From Octopus sinensis (lineage: Eukaryota), in NCBI RefSeq assembly GCF_006345805.1, contig NC_043001.1, forward strand, positions 7,874,001-7,938,000: a stretch of 64,000 bases of DNA, given 5' to 3'. Of this stretch, positions 13,566-26,590 are shown piece by piece. Position numbers and translations under genes: made by a program. Below the pieces are notes generated by a model. That model had not been told where the DNA came from. It ran no database searches and was given only the letters and a program-made list of their open reading frames with translations. Within the stretch, counting starts at the first letter, position 1. Each line of letters begins with the position of its first letter.

Positions 13566-15651
13566 TATATGTGTATGTGCGTGTGAGTGTATATGTATGT
13601 AAACATGCATACATATCCACGTACATACGCCTATGTGCTCATACAAAAGCACACACACAACAGCAACATGTTATATATCATACATTTCTCAATAATTTGT
13701 AGGTTTCCCTTTTGTTGAATTTTATTTTGTATTCTATGACACCTTTATAAATAGCTGTCAGCTGTTGTCGGTATGCAGAGTGGAAACCTTTCAGACATAT
13801 TTGTTAAAATAACTGCCTCATATTTATGTGAAATATTTTGGTTGTTAGCGAAAGTGTAAACATTATTCAAACACTTTCAATAGGTTTACATAATTCCTAC
13901 TAAATTGAGAAGTAATAGTTGTGAAATATTCTGTGTTATAATGCACTTCCATTGTGCAACATATATATTTAATAGTCATATTCATACACATACATAAACA
14001 CACATATATGTATATATACACATACATATGTGTACATAACAATGCATATATATTCTTATATTAATCGATGTGTACAGATTTACGTATTCACTACGGTCAA
14101 TCTACCCAATCGATTTCACACTAGAGGCTCAGGGGAATGTCCGATTACGTAACTGCACTCTTCAGCGGTAAAAATTAAATATGGTGACAGACACACACAC
14201 ACGCACACACGCACGTACACTAGCATACGCGCACACACATATCATAATAGATAGATAGAGATATATATGGATAGACAGAGGGAGCGCGCGCGAGAGAGAG
14301 AGAGATGTGTTAGATAAATGGAAAGATAAGTTATTGGAAGTGTAGAAAGATGGGATATTTCAGATGAAGCTCTCAACCGAAGCTTTAATTCATATGCACT
14401 CTTGGATTGTAGATTGAAAATGATCAAAATTCTCCAGGTGTCGCAACGATAAAGTCGTTGTGTGGGTTAAGCGACAGGTAAAATATGATCCAAATAAAAA
14501 GAGAAACAGAGCTTATTTTGTCTCGACGCCAGTCCACGTAAGAGAAAAACTTACGTAATATTTATCGGGTGGTGTTATACACTATTGGTCCAATGCGTTG
14601 CCTTGCGTATTTATAGCGTTCGACCGATGCCACCCCGATTGGCCAGGCATACTGATTTACATTACCTCTAGAAGGAACGTTACTTTGTCGCAAGATAGAA
14701 TAATAGATGAAATGAAGAGCTTCCTAAATGATGGTTGGTGCCGTATAGGTCACATTCTGGACAGTAGTATAAAACTGACAGTCAGTTGGGGGTCAAGGCT
14801 GGGGAATAGTGTGCTAGTAGTCAAGGCTTGTAGGAATGGTAAATATTTGGCGGTAGTTGACGATGCCGTTGTCTACATCGATGTTTTTGGCGCTGGTGGT
14901 AAATGTGGTGGTTGTAATCGGCAATGCGTTTGTTGTGTGTGTCATTGCAGTAGCTTCCGACAAGGTGGTGGCTGCCAACGGTAACAGGAATCACAGAAAT
15001 AGGCTACGACTCTGGCAGTAGTTAAAATTGGCGACGTGATAATGGCGCTGGTAGTCTGTGTGTGTATGTGTACGTGTCTATGTTTACGTGTGTCTATGTG
15101 TATCTGTGCCTATGTGATTGTGTGTCTATATGTGTGCATGTGTATGTACAAACACACCTATATACATAGAAATCGAGATAGATATAGACAAACAGATAGA
15201 GGGATAAACAGATAGATAGATAGATAGACAGATGGAGAGATAAATACATAGATATATATAGAGAGAGAGAAAGAGAGATCTGTACTATACGCGCGCAGAA
15301 TTATGTACGTTACATGAATGTGTGTGTTTCTCTATTTGTATGTGTGTATATGTATGTTTGTACGTGTGAGCATGTGAGTGTGTGCTTCATCTTTAAATTA
15401 CCATTTGCCTGCCTTGCTATTCAATGCCAAAATAACATTTACGGGCAATGAACCAAGCTGAGGAAGGAAAGATTTCAAAGATTTTAAATATTTTAAAGAT
15501 TATTTTTCTGCTAACGTTAACTTCATTAATAAATAACCAAAGAAATTCGCATTTCTTAGCTATTATAATTCGCATCGGTAACTATTCTACAAATGCTTAG
15601 TCCTATAAAGTAAATTAGTTTTGAGGATGATATTATTATTCTACTATTTAG

Positions 15652-16008
15652 AATGTGGAGCACGAACATTTAGTCGAACAAATTGACCCCAGGACTTATT
15701 CTTTGTAAGCCTAGTACTTATTCTATCGGCCTCTTTTGCCAAACCGCTAAGGTAGAGGGACATGTTAGTTAGAACACACCAACATCGGTTGTGAAGCGAT
15801 GGTGGTGGTGGGTCAGACACAGACACACAAACACACACACACATACGTATACGACGGGCTTCTTTCCCTTTCCGTCGGCCAAATACACTCACAAGGCTTT
15901 GGTCGGCCCGAGGTATAGTAGAAGACATTTTCCCAGGGTGCCACGCAGAGGAATTGAACCCGAAACTTTCGTGTGGTTGGTAAGCAAGCTACTTACCACA
16001 CATCCACT
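15652..16008 (-). mobile_element. SINE family A copy
   Basis: Reverse complement of the family A head, body and tail ('gagtggatgtgtggtaagtagcttgcttaccaacc...ccttgtgagtg...gcttacaaagaataagtcc'). Confidence 0.85.
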
Positions 16009-16435
16009 CACTAGAAAATATTTTATAATTAATTTGTCGTTTGCGGAATCAGTGACCAATTACTTGAAATCGAAGTGCAACCAGAAAAAAATTATGACAA
16101 AGGCTAATATCATATATAGTTTAAATTGGTTAACGTATACGTTTTTATATCTATTTATATGAAAGAGGAAACAATCACCTTGTCCTCCTGAATTATTCAA
16201 ACATTTCCAACTATATTCTGGACAATATGGTGGTTTAACAACCATTTAGAAATATTACACACACCTACACTATCAGTTTTATTCTCTCCAAATATTAATT
16301 TTGGTTTTCATATCAGTGAGAGAAATCTATCATTGTAACTGACATGTCTACACATAATAATTTGTGCCAAGATACGGTATCGAATATTTGTAATTGTAAC
16401 ACAGATATGAAATTGTTATGAGTGTATGTGTATGC

Positions 16436-16490
<55 letters not shown>

Positions 16491-17731
16491 TGCGTGGGAA
16501 TTGTTGAGGAATGAAAATGCAACAGTCTGGGTCAAGTCTGACCGAATTTCTTATTAAGTTTAAAGAACGAAACACGCAAATTTATATAAATGTTGGTTGT
16601 ATTAGTAATGCAAGTAATTAGTAATTTGAAATAATTGGAAATAGATGAGACACTTGAATATTAATTGAATATTAATTTTAACAGTTATTCAGACCAGTAA
16701 TTTATGTTTTATTATTAAACCTATAATGTTAAAACAACTAAATTAAGTTCGTAACACTCATTAGATTTATGCAATACGAAAAGAAACAAAAGATTTCCGT
16801 TTTATCGACGATGATTATGAATCTAACTTTGCATATTTATGCGCATGCTAACAGATGCGGCTATTATTTCTGATTGAAAATAAAGAATCAATTATTTTAT
16901 GAATGATAAAAAGACAATAATTTGAAACAGGTCGTAGTTTGTAAAACTGTATCAAAGAACGTATGAATTCACAGGCGAAACTTGTGACACACACTCGCCA
17001 TACAACAGTCATTCACACATGCTTTCATACACTCATGCAAATATGTAATTTTAACCAAATAGGCATGTATATGTGCATATGTATGTGTATGTGTGTGTGT
17101 GTGAGTAAGTATGACTATCTGTAACATTCTCTTTCTGCATACGCTCATATGTATAATAAAAACATGAAAACGGAGGGTGAATAGAGCAGCGTAGTTTCTA
17201 ACTTCATTGCATGTAAATGAGTCGGTATGAAAATATGCACAATATTTCATTTGATTATATTGTAGCGGTATTTCATATATTCACCATCACATCAAGCATC
17301 CTCATATTATGCAACGAAAATATTGCTTCTATATAGAGGAAACATGGAAATATGTATGAAATACCAATAATAATGATGAATGAAATAGAGAGGATAGTTA
17401 CGATAGGAAGAATAAATGAGAAATACTTTTCCTACGTTTTGATTCAACACCGATCTGTTGATTCCATTCTGATTGACTAAATAGAACTATTAGGCCTCAT
17501 GAGACAAATATACCAATACTAATTTCTATGCCTTCACCCACTTATATTCTTTCCAATTATGCCCTGACATATAATAAAATATCTCGAGATATTATAGTGT
17601 AATTTGCATATTGTAGGATATGAAAAAATACATTATTGTATGTTCAATTTGTGGTTTACGCAGACATGAAAATCACTAACAATGTTATTTTCCAAAGCTC
17701 CTGATGTATTGGTAACATAAATTGAGTAACG

Positions 17732-18125
17732 TACTGGGCTGAAGAAAAAGTTTGAACGGTTTTTAAGTGGAAATAAGACAACAAACCTATTTAGTAAATC
17801 AATAATATAATAACAGTTTTATTTTAGTATTTTCTGCCATCTTGTGGGCAGAACCATTGTTCTCTTTTCAAAATATTTCCAGCTTTACAGGCGAAATTCT
17901 TGACGTTTTTAACATTCGTTTTACAACTAAAGATCTATCTATTCAATGAATTTTGAAGAGACCGAAATAGATAAAAAGGTAACGTCGGATTTGTTGCGGA
18001 TAGGGATGTTGTGATAAAACTTTTCAGTCCAGCTCCGGTAATTCCTGTCACCTCCGCAAAGAAATGTGCAGTCTGACATAGTCAGGAAGAAACAGAATTC
18101 TTTTATCTGCAAAAAGAATGAAACA
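17732..18125 (-). mobile_element. Mariner (DD34D) transposase 3' fragment with probable terminal inverted repeat
   Basis: Minus-strand peptides 'KRILFLPDYVRLH...ELDWKVLSQHPY', 'FYLFRSLQNSLN' and 'PTRWQKIL' match mariner 'GVIFHHDNARPH...ELGWEVLPHPPYSPD...YLFRSLQNSL...LP.RWQKV'. A TA plus TIR-like 'ctgggctgaagaaaaagtt' lies at 17732. Confidence 0.75.
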
Positions 18126-18780
18126 CTTCTGGTAGATCGCAGTATTTAATTTGTTTCAGTACATATCCACACTGATGAATATATATATAAAGAGGAACAC
18201 AAGCTAAGAGAAATTCATAAAAATATAGTTATGTCCGGATCGGTTTCTGGATTAATCCAAAAAGGATTCTTCCTTCATCTCTGGGGGGCGGGGCATAACA
18301 AAAAATAATAAATGAAATACTGAGACATACTCACGGAAAAGCAAATGCAAAGTCATGAATACATTTAAGATCCCTCCTCCGACAAATATATCCAATGAGT
18401 AATTCCGTTGCAAGCCTCGATACAAGTGCAGTCGGGCATGTAATGCACACAGGTGGTTAACCAGTCCTTTTGTGGGGTTAATTCAGAAATCGGAAATGAC
18501 TCGGGATAACTATATTTTTATGAATTTCTCTTAGCTTGCCTTCCTCGTTTCGAAACGAGGTGTAATAATATAAGTGAAAATATTTTGTGTGGTTAGACGA
18601 TTTAGCGTCTATTTTTTTAGTATATTGGCAAAGAAATTTTATCTTTTTGCCCATATATATATATATTAAATTAAATATGGGTAGAAAACTGATATTAATC
18701 ACTTAAAACCAGTGGCCTAGCATATTTGTTTTTTTACATGCAAAATTTAGAGGACTGACCATTAAAAAAATTGAGAGCTT

Positions 18781-19336
18781 ATATGCTAGATAGAGATGTC
18801 AAATCGCCCTTTTCCACGAAGAATGTATTCTCAAGAATAATCTCAGCAAAAAAACAAAGTGTAAAAATAAGCAAGACAAATGAAAATATACGAAATAAAA
18901 AACGATTACCTATGTACTAATTAGTTTCACTTGTTAATATTTACGTATATGGATACGCAAACATCTGCAAGATCATCAGCATAGTCTGTCATTTACAAAA
19001 TAAAATTCCCAGAAATAGATATACGACGTTCGACCGAAATCCAGCATGTATAAAGTTCTACACATTATATAAAGCGTAGAACATTATACATGCATCCTGT
19101 ATCTAGTTCTGGGAATTATATTTTGTAAATGACAGACTATGCTGATGATCTTGCAGATGTTTGTGTATCCATACACGTAAATATTAACAAGTGAAACTAA
19201 TTAATACATAGTTAATCGTTTTTTACTTTGTATATTTTCATTTATCTTGCTTATTTTTAGAATTTGTTTTTTTTGCTGAATTTTTTTCTTGAGAACACAT
19301 TATTTGTGGAAATGGCGATTTTGACGTCTATATCTA

Positions 19337-19342
<6 letters not shown>
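18781..19342. mobile_element. ~560-bp foldback/MITE: long inverted repeat with ~240-bp arms
   Basis: 18781-19023 ('atatgctagatagagatgtcaaatcgcc...cccagaaatagata') is the reverse complement of ~19105-19342. Long runs such as 'tctgcaagatcatcagcatagtctgtcatttacaaaat' pair perfectly. An inner hairpin gcatgtataa.gttctac/gtagaac.ttatacatgc is nested inside. TA flanks; the right end abuts (TA)n. Confidence 0.85.
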
Positions 19343-19373
<31 letters not shown>

Positions 19374-19555
19374 TTTGATTCTATCGTTATTTCGTGAAGA
19401 TTGACGAGTCATCACCGTGCCGTTTCTCAGTTTAATCATTTCGATATTATCCGTGTAAGCTCATGTGACATTTCGGAGCGAAAGGAGTCATGCAGCTCCC
19501 GTTTCAGTGGTGGTCTTATTAATGTGAGTGGGGACTGCGCCTGGCTCCTCTTTAT

Positions 19556-19593
<38 letters not shown>

Positions 19594-20852
19594 GTGTGTG
19601 TGTAAACATACATGCATACATACAAACATGCATATGTGAATGTATATGTGTGCATATATATACATACATACATATATATATACACACGCATAAGTATATA
19701 TATATATATATATACATATATGTATGTATGTATGTATACACACACACACATATATATATATATGTGTGTTGCGTATGTGCGTGTTACCTCTGGTAATTTG
19801 TCTTTTATTTTCGACGATAACTGGAGCTATGATGAGTGATAATTAGGTCGAAAGGTAAGCACTGATGGATTGGAAGTAAAGTGGTTTTCTATTGATTATA
19901 TGTATAGATGTGTTACTCTTCAGCTTCCAGCCATGCGTTTAAAGCTTTGTAATCAAGTGTGTCAACTTCACCTCTTTGGTTTCAATGAAGAATCTAAGTA
20001 GCTGATGAGTTTATTTGTTCGGCAGATGTGTAAGTAGGTTTAAAGTTTGTTGATGCTATTTCAACGCCATTTGGAAAATCTAATTTGTTCTAGAAAAAAG
20101 TGATGGCTTATATACAGAGCTCAGTCTAGCGTTAAAAATTTGATTAGGTGTGTTTATTTTGGCGTGTCAGCTTTTGGTAATCGAGATTTCACTATAGAAA
20201 TTTAGTTCTCTTGTTGTTTTGAAGGTTCACAAAAGAATGTAGGTAAGCGGAAAACATAGTTGGTCAGCGGGTTTTTTGTTGGAAGTGAAATTGGGTTTAT
20301 GGTACTTTATACTTAGATACAGGCATTTTAGTATTAGTATGTCTGTTTTAACATCTGTTTTACGGGTGGTAGTTATTTTTCTGGTCATGGTGTTTATAAC
20401 GTTTAAACTATATATTTCTTTTATTCTATGCGCTGGAGAATCTATTAGAAAGAAAGCGGTTATAAGCAGTTTGGCGTATCTGGCGAACTGTTTGTGTTAT
20501 CAGATTTTACAAACACATAGGTACCTCATTTATTGTAGTCAATTTTCTACTTCAGTTATTTCTGCTGTGAGTTATTTTTGCTGGTTAAAGTTATTTCCAT
20601 GATAATTGCAAATAGATAACCTTCTACGGATTGAAGTAATGTTTTAGGCAGTGGATATTACACTGTCGTGAACCTTTTGTCGCTGGTGGCTTGTTTCCAT
20701 GTAGGTCTTTCTGTGAAAGTCTCTTCATAAAACAATCAGTGTTGCTGGGATAATGTTTGCAGATTTTTTAGTTTTGGTTGATATCGGTGTATTTTATATA
20801 ATAATGTGTTATGTGTGTTGCTGATTTTCTCCCCGATTTCAATTTCTGTTAG

Positions 20853-20883
<31 letters not shown>

Positions 20884-20885
<2 letters not shown>

Positions 20886-21280
20886 CGCAGGAGTGGCTGT
20901 GTGGTAAGTAGCTTGCTTACCAACCACATGGTTCCGGGTTCAGTCCCACTGCGTGCCACTTTGGGCAAGTGTCTTCTACTATACAAATCCTTGTGAGTGG
21001 ATTTGGTAGACGGAAACTGAAAGAAGCCCGTCGTATACGTGTATATATATGTATGTGCGTGTATGTTTGTGTGACTGTGTTTGTCCCCCTAGCATTGCTT
21101 GACAACCGATGCTGGTGTGTTTATGTCCCCGTCACCTAGCGGTTCGGCAAAATACACTGATAGAATAAGCACTGGGCTTACAAAGAATAAGTTCCGGGGT
21201 CGAGTTGCTCGATTAAAGGCGGTGCACCAGCATGGCCGCAGTCAAAATGACTGAAACAAGTAAAAAGAGAAAGAGAAAGA
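20884..21280 (+). mobile_element. SINE family A, young full-length copy (unit 1 of a tandem duplication)
   Basis: A-box 'tggctgtgtggtaag', B-box 'gggttcagtccc', tail 'ccagcatggccgcagtcaaaatgactgaaacaagtaaaaagag'. Confidence 0.9.
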
Positions 21281-21434
21281 TATATTTATATAAGTAATTT
21301 TCGTAGTCACTTCAACATGCCTGTCCGTTAGAACACACATTTGTAGGTATACATGTATACACATACACATTTGTATATATATGTATGTAGACAAATAGAT
21401 TTTTACAGTAATAATCATGTCTAATTAAAGCAAT

Positions 21435-21490
<56 letters not shown>

Positions 21491-21584
21491 TATATATATA
21501 TAAAAACATATGTATATATATATATATATATACATATATAAATATATATATATAATATATATATATATATTATATATATATATA

Positions 21585-21981
21585 GGCGCAGGAGTGGCTG
21601 TGTGGTAAGTAGCTTGCTTACCAACTACATGGTTCCGGGTTCAGTCTCACTGCGTGCCACTTTGGGCAAGTGTCTTCTACTATACAAATCCTTGTGAGTG
21701 GATTTGGTAGACGGAAACTGAAAGAAGCCCGTCGTATACGTGTATATATATGTATGTGCGTGTATGTTTGTGTGACTGTGTTTGTCCCCCTAGCATTGCT
21801 TGACAACCGATGCTGGTGTGTTTATGTCCCCGTCACCTAGCGGTTCGGCAAAATACACTGATAGAATAAGCATTGGGCTTACAAAGAATAAGTTCCGGGC
21901 TCGAGTTGCTCGATTAAAGGCGGTGCACCAGCATGGCCGCAGTCAAAATGACTGAAACAAGTAAAAAGAGAAAGAGAAAGA
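21585..21981 (+). mobile_element. SINE family A (unit 2 of a tandem duplication)
   Basis: Near-identical to 20884-21280 (4 substitutions seen). Confidence 0.9.
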
Positions 21982-22135
21982 TATATTTATATAAGTAATT
22001 TTCGTAGTCACTTCAACATGCCTGTCCGTTAGAACACACATTTGTAGGTATACATGTATACACATACACATTTGTATATATATGTATGTAGACAAATAGA
22101 TTTTTACAGTAATAATCATGTCTAATTAAAGCAAT

Positions 22136-22200
<65 letters not shown>

Positions 22201-24345
22201 AAAACATATGTATACATATATATATATATATATACATATATAAATATATATATTATATATATGTATATATATCATAACGAATTAGAATCAGCACCAGCTT
22301 TGTAAATATTATCATCTGCACATATGCATTATATGTGTTTGTTGTTCACCTGCGGAGTCTAGTATAGCGCCTTGATGGGGGGGACCTATATTGAGTATGT
22401 ACAGTCGGTCATATGTATATGTGTGTAGGTGTGTGTGTGTGTGCATGTGTATGTGTGTGTTCTCTGTGTGTGTGGCTTTGTGCTTACACCGTTTGTGCGT
22501 ATATGTACCTTGATTTCTATGTGCATATGATGGATGCCTCTGTGAACAGAAATATTGATAGTTATCAATATAGAAGTCAAGGAACAATGTAAAGTGTGCG
22601 AAGAGAAGCATTCAATATTTTTGGAAATATGAAATGTTTTATGCATTTTAGGTAAAATTTCACTGTCACAACCTGCATTCTCCAATATGACACGTAAGCA
22701 AATCTCTAATTCTACCTTTCAGAATCTGTAATCAGGCATTGTATTGTGCACAGAATGCGTTATTATACAGTTAAGTACACTTGTAATTATTGAATGTTAG
22801 CTAGACTTACACACCTATGGAATTTCAATAATGTAATTATATACGCCTTGAAGCGCTGCCCAATAAGTCTTTTCAAGTGTTTGCTTAGCTTGGGATATTG
22901 CATAATGCATTCGATTGATTTCTATGAATACAAAGAATATAACGCTAGTGAAAATACATGAAGTATAAAATAATAAGTCACAATAAGCTGCACTTAACTA
23001 GAATAAATGTCTAAGGTGATATGCGAAATTAAAGTAAATTTTAGTAGAATGTAGACATATTTCTCTAGACATTCTTCGATAAGTGACATATATTTAGATC
23101 ATATCGTGATTGAAAATGAAAGAAAATGATATTGGTGCTCGAATTCTAAACGAAGCAACGTATATAAAAGCAACATATGCGATTTATTTTATTCCAGAAA
23201 ATACAGCAATTGAATTTTCTTTTTTTTTTTACTTTATTCAGTAGATGCAAATTGATATTTTTTCTACATGACACCGTTAACGAAGCAACACTATTACATA
23301 TGATATCCAGCATGTTTCAGTAGGAAACCTTAATGTTTTTTTTATGAACAATTGTATACATAAACTGATATAATAGTCTGTTAAAGCACATGTATGCTGC
23401 TAGTTTCATTAAGAATTTGAGACTTATAGCCTTGTGACGATTCTCTTGTAATTTACTTTTGATTTCCAATTCCATTTCTTTGTATCGTAGGTCCCCATGC
23501 CGCTAAAATGAATTTACTTATTATTTCGATAATAAATATGAACAATTTCCCCACAGTAAGATGTTATTCTGATTCCACCAATTACACGCTAAACGCCTAT
23601 ACGCAGAAATGTTCTCACTCGAATGACAGAAATGAGAAAATGCAAAATAAAAGAAATGTATTTAAAATTACATTGGTACAGCAGAGAAAATATATTGAAT
23701 ACATTATGAAGTACATAATTTGTTTAATATCTTATATCAAATAATTTTTAAAGTTACTAACATCAAAGAAAACTTTAACTCATTGACCTTTTAAACATAT
23801 ATACTAATTTAAATTATATTATAGTAAAATTGGTATAGCATAACGTAGAATATTTTAAAAGCATTTCCATCAAAGTTCACTTCTTAACGTAAAAATGTTT
23901 CATCTTCTGACCTATTCAAAGAATTTTGAAATTGTGAAATTCAAAGGAAAATCTGAAAATATCGATTTGAACGGTGATAGGTCAGTGGAGTCGTTGTGTA
24001 AATGTTAAGGTAGGTGAGTAAAAGCAACGAAGCTTATATCATAAGCAAAACTGGTACTTAGAAAGGATGCTGAATGTGTACGTGTGCATCTAAGTATGAT
24101 TGCATATGTGTCCCTCTTTATCTACATTATTTTATAACTGTATATTTGTATGCGATGTGTGTGTGTGTTTGTGTGTACGTGTGTGTGTGCATGCGTCTGT
24201 ACTAAATATTGGTATATGTGCATGCGGGAGTGATTATGTGTTCTTGCGCGTTAATATCTTTATGTGTGGGGTTTTGTGAGAGTCGGATAATCTGCTAATT
24301 GCCATAAAATTAATGGTGTGCAATAACGTTTAAAAGCACACTCTG

Positions 24346-24387
<42 letters not shown>

Positions 24388-24999
24388 TGTTATGATGGCC
24401 GAACAGTGTATATTGACCCGTACAGAGTCTTTATATTATAATGAGTTAAGAAAATACTTTTGAAAACGCACACAACCAAACCATGAAAAAGTCGGTGGTT
24501 ATGAATTAGAAATAAAGAAAGGAGCATTAAGAAGCTAGGTCAGTGTGGGGCAATGTCATGGCCTTCGTAGATTATCTCTGTGTCACTGATAAATATTTAT
24601 CATATGGGGTACATCTGTTACCCCCACTTTTAACGACTGACATTGTTATCTAAATTTTCAAATGAGTATGTTTGTCTTGGGATTGTTTTTAATTTTACTG
24701 CACGTTATTCATCTGCATTTAAGGCTATTGAAGAACTGACCCGTATTACACCATTCCTACATTATATACAACTCATTGCAGTTTCACGTTGTCGCATACA
24801 AACCTGATACAACTGCTGTGATATAATTTCAGCATGTGTATATGTAGCTACTGCATTTCTGGCTTGTTTCTCACATATGTAAGTATGAAAAATACCTTAC
24901 ATTCAATAAAATTCGAGGTTAGTTTAAGATCATGATTCTCATACTCACGTATTCACAGTCTGTTGAATTAGTTCTGGAGTACCTTATCGTCTTTTAGTA

Positions 25000-25620
25000 T
25001 GTTCATCAAGAGATGCTAGACGTTAGACGTGTAGAAAAAATTATTGCTTATAAATCTGACTTTGATAGTAATACTAATGTGTTCGTCTGCCAACATCATT
25101 GCAACAGTTGTATCTTCTATGTATTGAAGTTCGTTTACTAATGTAGACATCTTATTTATACTGACGCAGTGTCTGACAGTCTCGAAATGTTGCCATCGGG
25201 CGGTATGACATCATAACCTCAGATGCGATGATAATGAGAAAAATAAAACGGATATTTAATTAGTCATCCAACACTGCTCCGTTTCTCTCTTCAAACTGCT
25301 CTGTTGTGGAAGATTAGTACCAAACTTCCGATTTATTACAGTGCAGAAGCAGCAGAATAGCAATTATACTTTATCAGCAGCCGAGTTTGGCTAGGACTTA
25401 TTTACGGTATCAACAGCATTGGTGTTGCACAAAAACATTAGCACGACTTTGTTTTGATATTCACGGCACAGGAAAGTGCTTCAACACGAAATTAAACCGG
25501 ATAAATAAAAACCTGATCGACATTCCGATAGACGGCAGGAGTAGTCGGTTTGTTATTAATTTACGCAGATTTGATCTCAGATTTCACGTAGAGACTGATA
25601 TACCCCAATGATTTCTGAAT
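25000..25620 (-). mobile_element. Ancient L2/CR1-group LINE reverse transcriptase remnant
   Basis: Ordered minus-strand motifs 'NAVDTVN' (KAFDTVN), 'PPDGNISRL' (PQGSILGPL) and 'QYIEDTTV' (YADDTT), with many disablements. Confidence 0.45.
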
Positions 25621-25910
25621 CGTTGTAGCCATAAGTGCAAAGAGTAAATGTAAATTATTTTAAATATATTTTAATGATACACTTTGAATATAAGGGATTT
25701 GAAGTGTTTTATTAATCAAGGTAGACAGTTGATATCGAAATCTCAGCCCAAGATTTCATACCAGGCCGTTGTTGCCTCATTTACTGCAAATTATTTTATT
25801 ATCATGTAAGATATTCACAACCGTGAACACAAAATGTTTTGTAAATACTCACAGAAATCGATCTCTCATTCACATTATTCACTCTCATTCTATCTACCAC
25901 CCATGATTAT

Positions 25911-26113
25911 ATATATTTCTTTACTGCCCACAAGAGGCTAAACATAGAGGGGACAAACAAGGACAGTTAAACAGATTAAGTCGATTACATTGACCCCGAA
26001 AGGATGAAAAGCAAAGTCGACCTGGGCGGAATTTGAACTCAGAACGTAACGGCAGACGAAATACCGCTAAGCATTTCGCCCGGCGTGCTAACGATTCTGC
26101 CAGCTCACCGCCT
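25911..26113 (-). mobile_element. SINE family B with 20-bp target-site duplication
   Basis: Head 'ggcggtgagctggcagaatcgttagcacg'. Flanked by tatctaccacccatgattat (25891-25910) and tatctaccacgcatgactat (26114-26133). Confidence 0.9.
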
Positions 26114-26136
26114 TATCTACCACGCATGACTATATT

Positions 26137-26420
26137 GGTAGGAAGTGTTGTTGCCAGCTAAATGGTTTTAGGTTCATTTCTATAGCGTGTCACAGTACTT
26201 TGTACCATAGCGTCGGGTTGAAGAAAGCCTTGTGAATTGAGTTTGTAGATGGATACTGATATACACGTTTATGTGTGTGTGGGTGTGTGCGGGAGGGGAT
26301 GTTTATTTGTGATTTGGTATTTGTGTTTTACCCCATTACTGCTTGTAAACCGGCGTTGGTTTGTTTACGTACAGTACTGCAGTCAATTCGTTCGACTAAA
26401 ATTATTCAAGACGATGACCC
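26137..26420 (+). mobile_element. Degenerate SINE family A-like copy
   Basis: 'ggtaggaagtg...aaagccttgtgaattgagtttgtagatgg...gtgttttacccc...cggcgttggtttgtttacgt'. Confidence 0.55.
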
Positions 26421-26454
26421 ATACATCCTGACGGTGGTCTAACGACAGGAATTC

Positions 26455-26590
26455 AAACGACCAGCCTTGACATTTCTATGTTACACTGAATCTCCCTGAG
26501 AACTACGTTATGGGTAGACCTCTCTAAAGTGCGCTCAGCTTCTTGCGGGTTAATTTCACGAGAAGGCTGTTCTATTGATCGGATCAATAT
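26455..26590 (-). repeat. Interspersed repeat (SINE-body-like), homologous to 28150-28270
   Basis: Reverse complement 'ccgatcaatagaacagccttctcgtgaaattaac...gttctcagggagattcag' versus 28154 'ccgatcaacggaacagcctgatcgggaaac...ttctcagggggtttcag'. Confidence 0.65.

Larger units (their letters stand above)
20856..22272. repeat. ~701-bp tandem duplication (SINE plus unique flank) bounded by (TA)n
   Basis: Both the SINE and the non-SINE flank 'gatatatttatataagtaattttcgtagtcacttcaacatgcc...aaagcaatacacac' recur with period 701. Confidence 0.95.

Noticed and set aside
14598-14984. 128-aa ORF with a Cys/Gly-rich end
   Set aside because: No recognisable domain; the composition fits decayed GGT/GTA-type simple repeats and the start is non-ATG.
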